Shown here one piece after another: positions 1 through 8,189 of a DNA stretch of 30,259 bases. Under the pieces are notes generated by a model that saw only the letters and a program-made list of their open reading frames with translations, was not told where the DNA came from and ran no database searches. The stretch comes from Anaerolineae bacterium (GTDB lineage Bacteria; Chloroflexota; Anaerolineae; Aggregatilineales; Phototrophicaceae). Each line of letters opens with the position of its first letter. Positions within the stretch are counted from its first letter, which is position 1. A program made the position numbers and the translations under genes. Where the stretch lies: positions 1-30,259 of the forward strand of contig DAOTTW010000226.1 of NCBI GenBank assembly GCA_034437615.1. Direction: 5' to 3'.

Positions 1-705
1 GTGGTCGTCATTGCTTGCGATCACCCGGCCATCTGGCGCGATCAGGCGCAGTAGCGGGTCCAGCGTGCCGGATGCATCCTGTGCGCTAATCGTAACGCGG
101 CTATCAGCAGCGAGTTCCAGCGCTTCACGGTGGCTGCGCCCCGCCAGCAGATAAACGCGCCGTGTTTCTGCTGTATCATCTGTGCTGATCGTCTCGCTGA
201 GGGTGGCTTGCGTCAGTGTAACCTCGGCTTGCCCTGCGCTGACACCGTTGAAGCTATCCACGCGCAGCGTATACGCCCCTGCTTGCGGCAAATACAGCGC
301 CGTAAGTTCGGCGTCGCGTTGCAATCGGGGTGCTGCGTCTGGTCCCTCTGTATTTGGTTCAATTGGGGGTAGCAGCGTATCGTCGTTGTAGGCCAGCAAT
401 TGACCATCGGGTGCGATAACGGCCAGCGTCGTATCCAACGCGCTATCTTGTGCGGGGGTATTCAGGGCGCGTGTGCGGATGTCGATCAACTCATCACCAG
501 CGGAATCATAGGTCAGCAGGGCGGGCGCTACGGCGCTGATGTCGACAATGCGTGTGCCATCGGGCTGAATGCTCTGCGTATCGCTCGTCTGTGCGTGCAA
601 TGAGCTTAATGAGTGCAACGGGTATAATGGGTGCAATGGGACGAAAAGCAGCAGGAAAAGGCCCAGAAGTGTTATAAAATCGCTTGCATATGGTGATCGG
701 TGCAT
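1..705 (-). CDS. Secreted protein, partial (C-terminus runs off the window start), with two tandem PPC-like (pre-peptidase C-terminal) domains
   Basis: Hand translation of the minus strand from ATG (complement of 703-705) gives MHRSPYASDFITLLGLFLLLFVPLHPLYPLHSLSSLHAQTSD..., a signal peptide with a hydrophobic core and an AQ cleavage site. The frame stays open to position 1 with no Met and no stop, which is why the six-frame ORF track lacks it. Two repeats, ALDTTLAVIAPDGQLLAYNDDT and TLDPLLRLIAPDGRVIASNDDH, fit the PPC-domain D-x-L-x-L-x-x-PDG...NDD pattern. The plus-strand ORFs in this region (130-372, 182-391, 400-603) have no recognisable content. Confidence 0.55.
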   Translation of the reverse strand, partial: MHRSPYASDFITLLGLFLLLFVPLHPLYPLHSLSSLHAQTSDTQSIQPDGTRIVDISAVAPALLTYDSAGDELIDIRTRALNTPAQDSALDTTLAVIAPDGQLLAYNDDTLLPPIEPNTEGPDAAPRLQRDAELTALYLPQAGAYTLRVDSFNGVSAGQAEVTLTQATLSETISTDDTAETRRVYLLAGRSHREALELAADSRVTISAQDASGTLDPLLRLIAPDGRVIASNDDH

Positions 706-862
706 TCGTCTCGTCCTACGCTGGGGCAACATGGCCATATTTGCCTGAGCACTGTACGCGAATTGTGGTACAGTTGCAAGCATTAGCGCCCAATGGACAA
801 TACAAGATGTGCCATCGCATGAACGATCTCGTGGACATGATGACCTGTTTGATTTCATACAG

Positions 863-2182
863 ATGCCTATGCCAAAAGTAACTTTGCTGTTGATCTGTGT
901 AAGCCTACTTGTGCTCGCAGCGTGCGACACACAGCCACAGTCCGTCGCGGAGGCCGAACCGACAGCCACGCTGCTGCCGATTGTCAGCCGCACGCCGCGC
1001 TTTACGGCCACGCCACAGGCAACGCGCACACCATTGCCCACATTTACCTTTACGCCAACCGATACCTCCGTGCCCCCTACGCCGACGCTATCGCCCACCC
1101 CCACGCTGACGCCCACGATTGTCGGCATCGTGCAGGGGACGCGCCGCATCAACGTGCGCTCTGGCCCTGGAGTTGGCAATGCCATCGTTGATACAGTCTC
1201 ACCCGGCACCGGCGTACAGATTACCGGGGCTAACCCAGAGGGTGATTGGTTGCAGGTGGTGCTAGAGGATGGTCAGTCGGGCTGGATTTCGCAGAGCTTG
1301 CTGTTCATCGCGCCCACCACAACGCCCTTCCCCACACCGACGCCCTCGCCGGATTTAACCGCGCTGTTCCTGGGGACGCCACTGCCAACCGCTTTCCTGG
1401 GTGGTGGCACCGTGACGCCGACGCCGCCTAATGCTGTGACGACAGGCACGGCCAGCGTTGCTGGGGCTGCTGATGATAGCGATGGTGATGGTGATGACGG
1501 AGATGCAGGCGGTTCGCTGGCGTTTATCCCCACCGTAGACCTGCAAGCCATCAATGCAACGGCGACAGCGTTGGTTGCCGGGGCCGCGACATCGACACCG
1601 CGCCCACAATCCAGCAGCACCAGACCGCCAACGATTGACGCCAGCGCCACCACAGCCCGCGAAATTGTGCTGACGCCGGTGGATACAGAAACCTTCGCGA
1701 CCTTTGCACCACCGACAGCGACATCCAGCAGCGCAGACACGGGCAATGCAGGCAATACAGGCGCGGCGCAGGTGCTCGAACCGGGTACGGATGGCGCGGA
1801 CGTGTTCGCCTTTTGTGATAACCGCGCCTACAGCATCGCCCCGCCGGATGCGCTTTCAGCAGGCTCCACTATTGATATTTACTGGGCCTGGTTTGCCAGT
1901 ACGCAGGCGCAGGTCGGCCAACACGTCGATGCTGCCGTGCACGATTTGCGCATCAATGGCCAGCAAATCACCGACTTAGAGCCGTATCGTGGACCTGTGG
2001 CGCAGGAACTCGGTGATTTCGTGACGTACTGGTTTGTCCCTTATGGGCCATTGCCAGCAGGCGACTACACGATTACGTATCGCGTTAGCTGGGAGCGTCA
2101 GATCACGGATGGTTATAACTTCTTCGGGCCGGATACCAGCATCCCGTTTGAAGAGGAAAGCTGCACATTTACGGTAGAATGA
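863..2182 (+). CDS. Lipoprotein with bacterial SH3 (SH3b) domain, Pro/Thr-rich linkers, acidic Asp/Gly stretch and a C-terminal domain of unknown function
   Basis: ORF 809-2182. Start at internal Met 863 is preferred because MPMPKVTLLLICVSLLVLAAC is a signal peptide with an LAAC lipobox. The SH3b-like segment is RINVRSGPGVGNAIVDTVSPGTGVQITGANPEGDWLQVVLEDGQSGWISQSLL. PT-rich linkers (TPTPTLSPTPTLTPT) and an acidic DDSDGDGDDGDAGG stretch follow. The C-terminal about 150 aa contains two Cys. The ORF-track start at 809 is the alternative. Confidence 0.65.
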   Translation: MPMPKVTLLLICVSLLVLAACDTQPQSVAEAEPTATLLPIVSRTPRFTATPQATRTPLPTFTFTPTDTSVPPTPTLSPTPTLTPTIVGIVQGTRRINVRSGPGVGNAIVDTVSPGTGVQITGANPEGDWLQVVLEDGQSGWISQSLLFIAPTTTPFPTPTPSPDLTALFLGTPLPTAFLGGGTVTPTPPNAVTTGTASVAGAADDSDGDGDDGDAGGSLAFIPTVDLQAINATATALVAGAATSTPRPQSSSTRPPTIDASATTAREIVLTPVDTETFATFAPPTATSSSADTGNAGNTGAAQVLEPGTDGADVFAFCDNRAYSIAPPDALSAGSTIDIYWAWFASTQAQVGQHVDAAVHDLRINGQQITDLEPYRGPVAQELGDFVTYWFVPYGPLPAGDYTITYRVSWERQITDGYNFFGPDTSIPFEEESCTFTVE

Positions 2183-2237
2183 GATAATAGGGTAGAATCA
2201 CAGGAAAACATGGACGGTGAAAGTTGGTAATCGTTGT

Positions 2238-2324
2238 GGCGGCCAACGCCGCCCCGGACGACAAGAATGGCGTCTCTACGCGAGACGCTGACCAACCGTA
2301 GGGACGCAGCAAGCTGCGTCCGCC
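2238..2324 (+). repeat. Family-1 REP/BIME-like composite intergenic element, copy A
   Basis: Leader GGCGGCCAACGCCGCCCCGGAC (2238-2260) is near-identical to the leaders at 3674-3693 and 21606-21628. Then AAGAATGGCGTCTCTAC with hairpin GCGTCTC-tacgc-GAGACGC (2270-2288). Then GTAGGGACGCAG-caag-CTGCGTCC-GCC (2298-2324), a perfect 8-bp stem. It lies between two plus-strand genes. Confidence 0.6.
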
Positions 2325-2418
2325 ACGATGACGATGCGACCTGAATGGTGCTGAAATGCTGACGGGCCGACAAGCTGACAGGCTAACAGGCTAACAAATA
2401 GAAAAGGATCACTCACAC

Positions 2419-3657
2419 ATGCACAAACGTTCAACCCCTATTGTACTACTGATTGCTGCCCTATCGCTGCTCGTGCTGCTGCCGTTAGCGGCGCAAGATG
2501 GCATCAGCCTGCCTATTACAGCCGATACAAGCTACACCGTTCAGCGCGGCGATGCGCTGGATACCCTGGGCGCGTTTTTTGATGTCAGCCCGACCTGCCT
2601 GGCAGAGACCAACGACATCGAACCGACAGCCCGCTTAGAAATTGGGCAGACGCTGCTCGTTTCGGTGGATTGCCCGGTGTATGGCGCTGACCCGCGTGAT
2701 GAAACCGTCGGTCTGGTGCGGGTGCAGCGTGATACGGTGCGCTTCGTGGATGACTGCGACGGTTACCGCGTGCAAAAGGCGGATACGCTGGACGAGATCG
2801 GGCAGGAATTGGATGTGTCGGTGGTGGCGTTGCTCGCAGCAAATGCGCTTGAGCGTGGGCGCGACCTGACCGAAAACACCTGCTTGACGATTCCAGCAGG
2901 CGCACCGCCTTACGGCACTGTGCCCGCATCCGATATGGGCATCGGCGGTGGTGCGAAGGTCGCTGGGGAAACCTATGTCGTGCAGCGCAACGATACGCTG
3001 GATGTCATCGGGCAGGAATTTGATGTGTCGGTTGTAGCGTTGCAGCAGGCCAATGGCATCGAAGACCCACGCACGCTGCGCCCCGGTATGACGCTCGTGG
3101 TTCCGGCAGGTGCAGCAGCTTACGGTGTATTCCCGCCCACAGATGGCAGCGCTGTGCTGGCAGACACCGCACCGAGTGGCTTCACGCTTGACGTCGAAAC
3201 GGGTGAGTCGTTAGACGACATCGCGCAGCAGTTTGACGTGTCGCTACGCGCTATCGAAATCGCCAACGGTGTGAACCCTGGCCGCAACGTCATGCCTGGA
3301 ACAGCCATCTTCATCCCGGATAACGCGCCTGTCTACGGCGTCGATGACTTCGACCCGGCGACGCTGGGCGCAGGTGGCGGCAGCACAGCGCCAGCCGTAA
3401 CAGTCGGGCCGGATACGTATATCGTGCAGCCCCGCGATACGTTGGAGACCATCGCCGCAGCGACAGACAAGCGCACGCAATGCTTGGTGGACGCCAACGA
3501 CCTGCAACGGCCTGCGCTGCTGCAACCGGGGCAAACGCTCTTCATCGACCCGGCCTGCGGCCCCTATGAGGGTGTCTATCGGCGGCCACTGCAAGCGGCT
3601 GACTCTGACGGCAGCACGGGTGATGCAGCAGCAGATGCCAGTGGTGGCGTCGGCTAA
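2419..3657 (+). CDS. Secreted protein with five LysM peptidoglycan-binding repeats
   Basis: Signal peptide MHKRSTPIVLLIAALSLLVLLPLAAQ. Five repeats of the LysM pattern Y-x-VQ-x-GD-T-L-x-x-IG-x-x-FDVS....AN.......L-x-x-G-x-T-L-x-VP, for example YVVQRNDTLDVIGQEFDVSVVALQQANGIEDPRTLRPGMTLVVP. RBS AAAGGA lies 13 nt upstream. Confidence 0.9.
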   Translation: MHKRSTPIVLLIAALSLLVLLPLAAQDGISLPITADTSYTVQRGDALDTLGAFFDVSPTCLAETNDIEPTARLEIGQTLLVSVDCPVYGADPRDETVGLVRVQRDTVRFVDDCDGYRVQKADTLDEIGQELDVSVVALLAANALERGRDLTENTCLTIPAGAPPYGTVPASDMGIGGGAKVAGETYVVQRNDTLDVIGQEFDVSVVALQQANGIEDPRTLRPGMTLVVPAGAAAYGVFPPTDGSAVLADTAPSGFTLDVETGESLDDIAQQFDVSLRAIEIANGVNPGRNVMPGTAIFIPDNAPVYGVDDFDPATLGAGGGSTAPAVTVGPDTYIVQPRDTLETIAAATDKRTQCLVDANDLQRPALLQPGQTLFIDPACGPYEGVYRRPLQAADSDGSTGDAAADASGGVG

Positions 3658-3673
3658 CGCCCAATACAGCAAT

Positions 3674-3750
3674 GCGGCTGACGCCGCCCGGACGCCAAGA
3701 ACGGCGTCCCTACAAAGCATCGTTCGCAGGGACGCGCCGAGGCGCGTCCG
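3674..3750 (+). repeat. Family-1 REP/BIME-like composite intergenic element, copy B
   Basis: GCGGCTGACGCCGCCCGGAC leader. Hairpin GGACGCC-aagaac-GGCGTCC (3690-3709) followed by CTAC. Second hairpin GCAGGGACGCGC-cgag-GCGCGTCC-GC (3726-3751). AAGAACGGCGT recurs at 3784-3794, at the flotillin stop. It lies between convergent genes (LysM + and flotillin -). Confidence 0.6.
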
Positions 3751-3793
3751 CAAGCCGCCGCCACATTTCTGCTAGGCTGCACAAGAACGGCGT

Positions 3794-5359
3794 TTAGGTG
3801 TTGTCGTGCTCCTCCTGAATGTAACGCGGTGCTGTGTATTCGTCATCAGTATCAGCAGCGGAGCCAGTGCTGTCGCTGGTGGGTGTCTCGTCAGCCAGTG
3901 CAGCCGCGCCGTTCATATCCCGCAGCGAGTTAAACAGCTTGGCGGCCCGCTTCAGCACCGATTCAAAATCATCGTCGGAGAGCGCTTCGACCTTCGCCAT
4001 GAACATCTGCGAGACTTCCGGCACGTTCATCAGCAGGTCCATCAGCGTATTGCCTGTGCTGTGCGCACCGTTGCCATTGGACCCGTTGCCACCCTGCCCA
4101 AACTGCACGATGCGCACGTTATTGCCGAGGCCCCCCATTGCATCTGCAACAGCGCGGACTTTCTCGATGTCGGCCTGTGTCACCTGCTCGATGACGAATT
4201 GGCGCAGGTTGATTTCACCCTCGGCGGCGCTGGCCGAGGCGATTTCGCGGCGGCCAGCGGCTTCTGCGAGTAGCTTGGCCTTTTCACCTTCAGCCTCAGC
4301 CAGCAAGCGCGCCCGCACACCCTCAGCTTCGGCGCGTACACCGGCGGCCTCGGCTTCCTTCATGACTTGCAGCGCAATGGCATCAGCGCGGCCTTGCTGC
4401 TCAACGGCGTCGGCGTCGGCCTGTGCACGCTGGCGTGTGGCGTTGGCTTGCGCTTCTGCTTCGATCTCGATACGGCGGCGCTCAGCCTCGGCACGGATTT
4501 CGATAGATTGACGGTCTGCGCGGGCTGGCACCAGCACAGCGGCCTCCTGTTCTTGTTCCACTGCCAATGCACGGCGGCGTTGCACTTCCTGATCGGAATC
4601 GGCCTGCGCAAGCCCAATTTCGCGGCCCACCTGCACCTCACGCAGTTGCAGGGCTTCGCGCTGCTGCAAAATCTCGCGCTGTGAATCGAGTTCGGCTTGT
4701 TCGGCCTGTTGCCTGGCCATCGCGGCCTTAATGCGAGCTTCACGGTCCGCTTCGGCGCGTGCAATTTCGGCGTCGCGCTTCACGGCTGCGATCTGCGGCG
4801 CGGCCATCGCTTGGAGGTAGCCTTCTTCGTCGGTGATTTCTTCGATGCCCATTGAGATGATCTTGACGCCCATCGCTGCCACATCGTCGCTGGCCAAATC
4901 CTGCACGCGCTGCACGAATTCGTCGCGGTCACGGTGGATATTCTCGACGGTCATCTGGCCGACGATAGCGCGGAAGTTGGCGCTGAGCGTTTCTGTGATG
5001 ACCTGCCGCACCTCTTCGCGTGTTGAATCCAGGAAGGCTTTTGCGGCGGTCTGGATGGCACCTTCTTCGCCGTCAATCTGCACCTGCGCCACCCAATCGA
5101 GGCGAATGGGCACGCCGCTAATCGTATACACTTCGTCTTTTTCGGTTTTGATCGTCATAATCGTCAGGTCTAGCGTCTGGTGCGTCTGGATGATGGGCCA
5201 GACGAACACACCGCCATTCGAGACCATGCGCGTCCCGCCGCTACCATAGACCACAAAGACTTTACTGGGGGGCACCTGATAGTAGTAGCGCGATACCAGC
5301 ACCACCACGAACACCACAATCAGCGCAAGTGCGCCACCGATGATAATAATTGTTTCCAT
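3794..5359 (-). CDS. floT: Flotillin / SPFH (band 7) family protein, FloT/YuaG-like
   Basis: 521 aa. N-terminal TM helix (IIIIGGALALIVVFVVVLV). SPFH domain (SGGTRMVSNGGVFVWPIIQTHQTLDLTIMTIKTEKDEVYTISGVPIRLDWVAQVQI). Then a long Ala/Glu/Arg/Gln-rich coiled-coil (flotillin repeats) and a disordered C-terminus. Immediately downstream of an NfeD gene, as in Bacillus subtilis yuaF-floT. Confidence 0.9.
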   Translation of the reverse strand: METIIIIGGALALIVVFVVVLVSRYYYQVPPSKVFVVYGSGGTRMVSNGGVFVWPIIQTHQTLDLTIMTIKTEKDEVYTISGVPIRLDWVAQVQIDGEEGAIQTAAKAFLDSTREEVRQVITETLSANFRAIVGQMTVENIHRDRDEFVQRVQDLASDDVAAMGVKIISMGIEEITDEEGYLQAMAAPQIAAVKRDAEIARAEADREARIKAAMARQQAEQAELDSQREILQQREALQLREVQVGREIGLAQADSDQEVQRRRALAVEQEQEAAVLVPARADRQSIEIRAEAERRRIEIEAEAQANATRQRAQADADAVEQQGRADAIALQVMKEAEAAGVRAEAEGVRARLLAEAEGEKAKLLAEAAGRREIASASAAEGEINLRQFVIEQVTQADIEKVRAVADAMGGLGNNVRIVQFGQGGNGSNGNGAHSTGNTLMDLLMNVPEVSQMFMAKVEALSDDDFESVLKRAAKLFNSLRDMNGAAALADETPTSDSTGSAADTDDEYTAPRYIQEEHDNT

Positions 5360-5421
5360 GTGTTGTTTAGCCTCGTATCATAATGTTTTTCTGTGTGTGC
5401 TTGTTGTCGTGTCCTGTCGTA

Positions 5422-5469
5422 TAGGGGTTTAGCGTGCCAAACCCAGGGCTTAGCACGCTGAGCCACTAC
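5422..5469 (-). repeat. Family-2 double-hairpin REP-like element, degenerate copy (opposite orientation to the 29930-29978 copy)
   Basis: TAGGGGTTTAGCGTGCCAAACCCAGGGCTTAGCACGCTGAGCCACTAC. Its reverse complement aligns base for base with 29930-29978, with only a few substitutions, some of which create mismatches or wobbles in the stems. It lies in the nfeD-floT intergenic space. Confidence 0.65.
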
Positions 5470-5504
5470 GACGCTATTGGCTCAACTTCATAGCTGATTT
5501 AATT

Positions 5505-6098
5505 TTACTCGGAATTGCGGCGGCGGACAGTCAAGCGCCCATTATTGATGCCGACAATCGACACAATCGCGCCCTTTTCCAGCGGCTCAGCGTCTTCGAT
5601 GTGGCGCACCGCGTACTTGATGCGCTCGCCGTCGATAATCAGCGCCTCACCGAGTTTGCCCGCAGGCGTATCAACGGTGATGCGTGCCCGTTTACCGATG
5701 AGCGTATCGGCACTGTGCAGGGCGTCCGGTTCACGGCGCAGCAGAAAGCGCATGAACACCTGAAAGCCACGCCCCAGCAGCAGGCCGAACAGCACACTGA
5801 GCAAGAGCACCAGCAGCATCGGCCATTCAGCCAACGACCCCGCCAAGCCCATCGCGCCGAAGCCCACACAGAAAATCGCAATCACATTCAGGCTGATGCC
5901 CACCGCCTGACTATCGCCGCCATCGGCCCCCACATCGGCATCGGCCCCGATGTCCACATCTGCGCCGAAATCCACATCCGCAGCGCCTGCATCGGCATCA
6001 CCGACGCCGCCCAGGAAAATGCTGATTAGCATAAAGACCACGCCAAACGCCAGGATCGCGCCGAAGATCGCGGTCGGGTTGCTCAATAACTCGTTCAT
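5505..6098 (-). CDS. nfeD: NfeD-family membrane protein (flotillin-associated; YuaF-like short NfeD with C-terminal OB-fold)
   Basis: 197 aa. Two hydrophobic segments flank an acidic GAD-rich low-complexity insert (GDADAGAADVDFGADVDIGADADVGADGGD). C-terminal beta-rich OB-like region (GKRARITVDTPAGKLGEALIIDGERIKYAVRHIEDAEPLEKGAIVSIVGINNGRLTVRR). Sits just upstream of flotillin on the same strand. RBS GGAG upstream. Confidence 0.8.
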   Translation of the reverse strand: MNELLSNPTAIFGAILAFGVVFMLISIFLGGVGDADAGAADVDFGADVDIGADADVGADGGDSQAVGISLNVIAIFCVGFGAMGLAGSLAEWPMLLVLLLSVLFGLLLGRGFQVFMRFLLRREPDALHSADTLIGKRARITVDTPAGKLGEALIIDGERIKYAVRHIEDAEPLEKGAIVSIVGINNGRLTVRRRNSE

Positions 6099-6178
6099 CG
6101 TCTGACACTTACTCCAAAATCAACGCTACCTTTTATTATCATACGCCGAAAAGCCCGCCAACATAATGATACGTTTCT

Positions 6179-6217
6179 GACGCTCTGCCAGTACCCTAAT
6201 ATTTGGGGTAGAGCGTC
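6179..6217 (+). promoter_or_regulatory. Nested inverted repeat / stem-loop in the divergent nfeD-ffh promoter region
   Basis: GACGCTC-tgccag-TACCC-taatatttg-GGGTA-GAGCGTC. The outer 7-bp stem encloses an inner 5-bp stem. It lies about 80 nt upstream of the likely ffh start at 6298. Confidence 0.3.
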
Positions 6218-6258
6218 GCCTTGATGATTGCACCCTATAGCAGTACAATCAACTATTC

Positions 6259-7668
6259 GTGAACAGCGCAACACTAGCGCCTTATCAGGATTTTGGGATG
6301 TTTAGTAGCCTCAGCAAACGCTTACAGGATGCTTTTGATAGCATCGGTAAGGGCGGAACCGTCACCGAGCAGGATTTGAAGGATGTGATGCGTGAAGTAC
6401 GCATGGCCCTGCTAGAAGCGGATGTCGCCCTGCCTATCGTGAAAGACTTCGTGAAGCAGGTCCGCGAACGCGCCATCGGTGCAGAGGTGCACAAGAAATT
6501 GCGGCCCGGTGAGCAGATCGTCAAGATCGTGCACGAAGAACTAGAAATCGTGCTCGGTGAACCTGGTCGCCTGACGTTTTCGGGCAGCCAGAAGCCGCAT
6601 GTGATTATGATGGTAGGCTTACAGGGGTCTGGTAAAACGACCAGCAGCGCCAAGCTCGCGCTTTACCTGATGAAAGAGATGAACCGCAAGCCGTTCTTGG
6701 TGGCCGCAGATACCTATCGCCCCGCAGCCGTCGACCAATTGGTGACGCTGGCCAAGCAGGTGAACGTCGAATATCACCAGGAAGGCACCAGTGCGACACC
6801 GCCGGAGATTGCGCGGCGTGGCCTGAAAGCGGCGAAAGAAGCCAACGCCGATGTCTGCATCATCGACACGGCAGGCCGCCTGCAAATTGACGAAACGCTG
6901 ATGCAGGAGCTAGAGCGCATCAAGGCCGACACCGAGCCGGCAGAGGTGCTGCTGGTTGCAGATGCCATGACAGGCCAGGAAGCGGTCAACATCGCGAAGG
7001 GCTTTAATGAGCGCGTCGGCATTACGGGCCTGGTGCTCACAAAGGTCGATGGTGATGCGCGTGGCGGTGCGGCGCTGTCCATGCGCCATGTAACGGGCGT
7101 GCCTATCAAATTCATGGGTACAGGCGAAAAAATCAGCATCCAGAACTTCGAGATGTTCCACCCGGACCGCATCGCACAGCGCATCCTGGGTATGGGCGAT
7201 GTGATGTCGCTGATTGAGACCGTCGAGCAGCAATTTGACGAGGAAGAGGCCGAACGCCTGCAAAAGCGCCTGATGGAGAATGAGTTCTCCTTGCAGGATT
7301 TCCTTGAGCAGCTTCAGAAGATCAGAAAGATGGGGTCTATCTCGCGCATTCTGGGCATGGTCCCTGGTATGAGCAAGCTGCAAAACAACGAGGCGTTCAA
7401 CGAGCAAGACATCGAATCGCGCATCAAGCGGGTGGAAGCCATCCTGAACTCTATGACGGCGGAAGAACGGCGGAAGCCCAAGCTGCTCTCGAAGGGGGGT
7501 GCCAGCCGCAAGAAGCGCATCGCGAAGGGTAGCGGCACCGAAGTGCGTGACATCAACGATGTCATCAAGCAATACCGCCAGATGAAGAAGATGATGGACG
7601 GGTTGCGCAAGGGCAAGATGCCCAATATCCCAGGCTTATCACCCAGCGACCTGAACCAATTACAGTAA
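6259..7668 (+). CDS. ffh: Signal recognition particle protein Ffh (SRP54 GTPase)
   Basis: N domain, G domain with GLQGSGKTT P-loop, DTAGR and TKVDGD motifs, and a Met-rich M domain. The true start is probably the internal Met at 6298 (MFSSLSKRLQ..., the typical Ffh N-terminus, with AGGA 8 nt upstream). The 13-codon extension to 6259 is doubtful. Confidence 0.95.
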   Translation: MNSATLAPYQDFGMFSSLSKRLQDAFDSIGKGGTVTEQDLKDVMREVRMALLEADVALPIVKDFVKQVRERAIGAEVHKKLRPGEQIVKIVHEELEIVLGEPGRLTFSGSQKPHVIMMVGLQGSGKTTSSAKLALYLMKEMNRKPFLVAADTYRPAAVDQLVTLAKQVNVEYHQEGTSATPPEIARRGLKAAKEANADVCIIDTAGRLQIDETLMQELERIKADTEPAEVLLVADAMTGQEAVNIAKGFNERVGITGLVLTKVDGDARGGAALSMRHVTGVPIKFMGTGEKISIQNFEMFHPDRIAQRILGMGDVMSLIETVEQQFDEEEAERLQKRLMENEFSLQDFLEQLQKIRKMGSISRILGMVPGMSKLQNNEAFNEQDIESRIKRVEAILNSMTAEERRKPKLLSKGGASRKKRIAKGSGTEVRDINDVIKQYRQMKKMMDGLRKGKMPNIPGLSPSDLNQLQ

Positions 7669-7720
7669 TGTATAGCAACTGACAGCCGAACAAGCAAACA
7701 TAACCAGGAGAACACACAAC

Positions 7721-8170
7721 ATGGTCCGTATTCGTCTAGCCCGCGTTGGCCTGAAGGGTCAGCCGACCTATCGTATTGTCGTGATGGACGGGCGCAAAGC
7801 CCGTGACAGCCGCGTACTGGAGAACATCGGCTTCTACAACCCGCGCACACGCCCACAGACCGAGCGCATTGACGAAGCGCGTGCGCTGTACTGGCTGAGC
7901 GTCGGCGCACAACCGAGTGAATCCGTGCGTGATATTCTGCTACGCCTGGGGACGCTGGAACGCTACGAACGCTATAAGGCCGCCCCGGTGACTGAGCGTG
8001 AAGCCCTGATGCAGCAACTAATTGAAGAAGGCCAAGCGGCAGCACAGGAACGCGAAGAGCCGCCTACACGCACCAATTACCCGGCCCCTGCTGCTGGTGA
8101 ATCCAAGATCAAGGCGCGTGAAGCCGCCCGTCAGCAAGCAGAAGCCGCCGCCGAGGGCGCAGAAGGCTAG
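7721..8170 (+). CDS. rpsP: 30S ribosomal protein S16 with Ala/Glu/Gln-rich C-terminal extension
   Basis: MVRIRLARVGLKGQPTYRIVVMDGRKARDSRVLENIGFYNPRT... is the canonical S16 N-terminus. The length (149 aa) exceeds a typical S16 because of a charged low-complexity tail. Confidence 0.9.
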   Translation: MVRIRLARVGLKGQPTYRIVVMDGRKARDSRVLENIGFYNPRTRPQTERIDEARALYWLSVGAQPSESVRDILLRLGTLERYERYKAAPVTEREALMQQLIEEGQAAAQEREEPPTRTNYPAPAAGESKIKAREAARQQAEAAAEGAEG

Positions 8171-8189
8171 GGCCTAAAATATCAATTTG

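Noticed and set aside
1273-1755. 160-aa minus-strand ORF inside the lipoprotein gene
   Set aside because: It lies antisense to a well-supported secreted-protein gene. Its Ala/Val/Gly-rich composition is typical of shadow ORFs in high-GC DNA. No start context or homology.
3834-4511. 225-aa and 155-aa plus-strand ORFs antisense to flotillin
   Set aside because: Ser/Ala/Arg-rich antisense translation of the flotillin coiled-coil region. The flotillin call is unambiguous.
6774-8045. Minus-strand ORFs 6774-7184, 6910-7572, 7314-8045 overlapping ffh and rpsP
   Set aside because: Antisense to two universally conserved genes, with no functional motifs. High-GC shadow ORFs.
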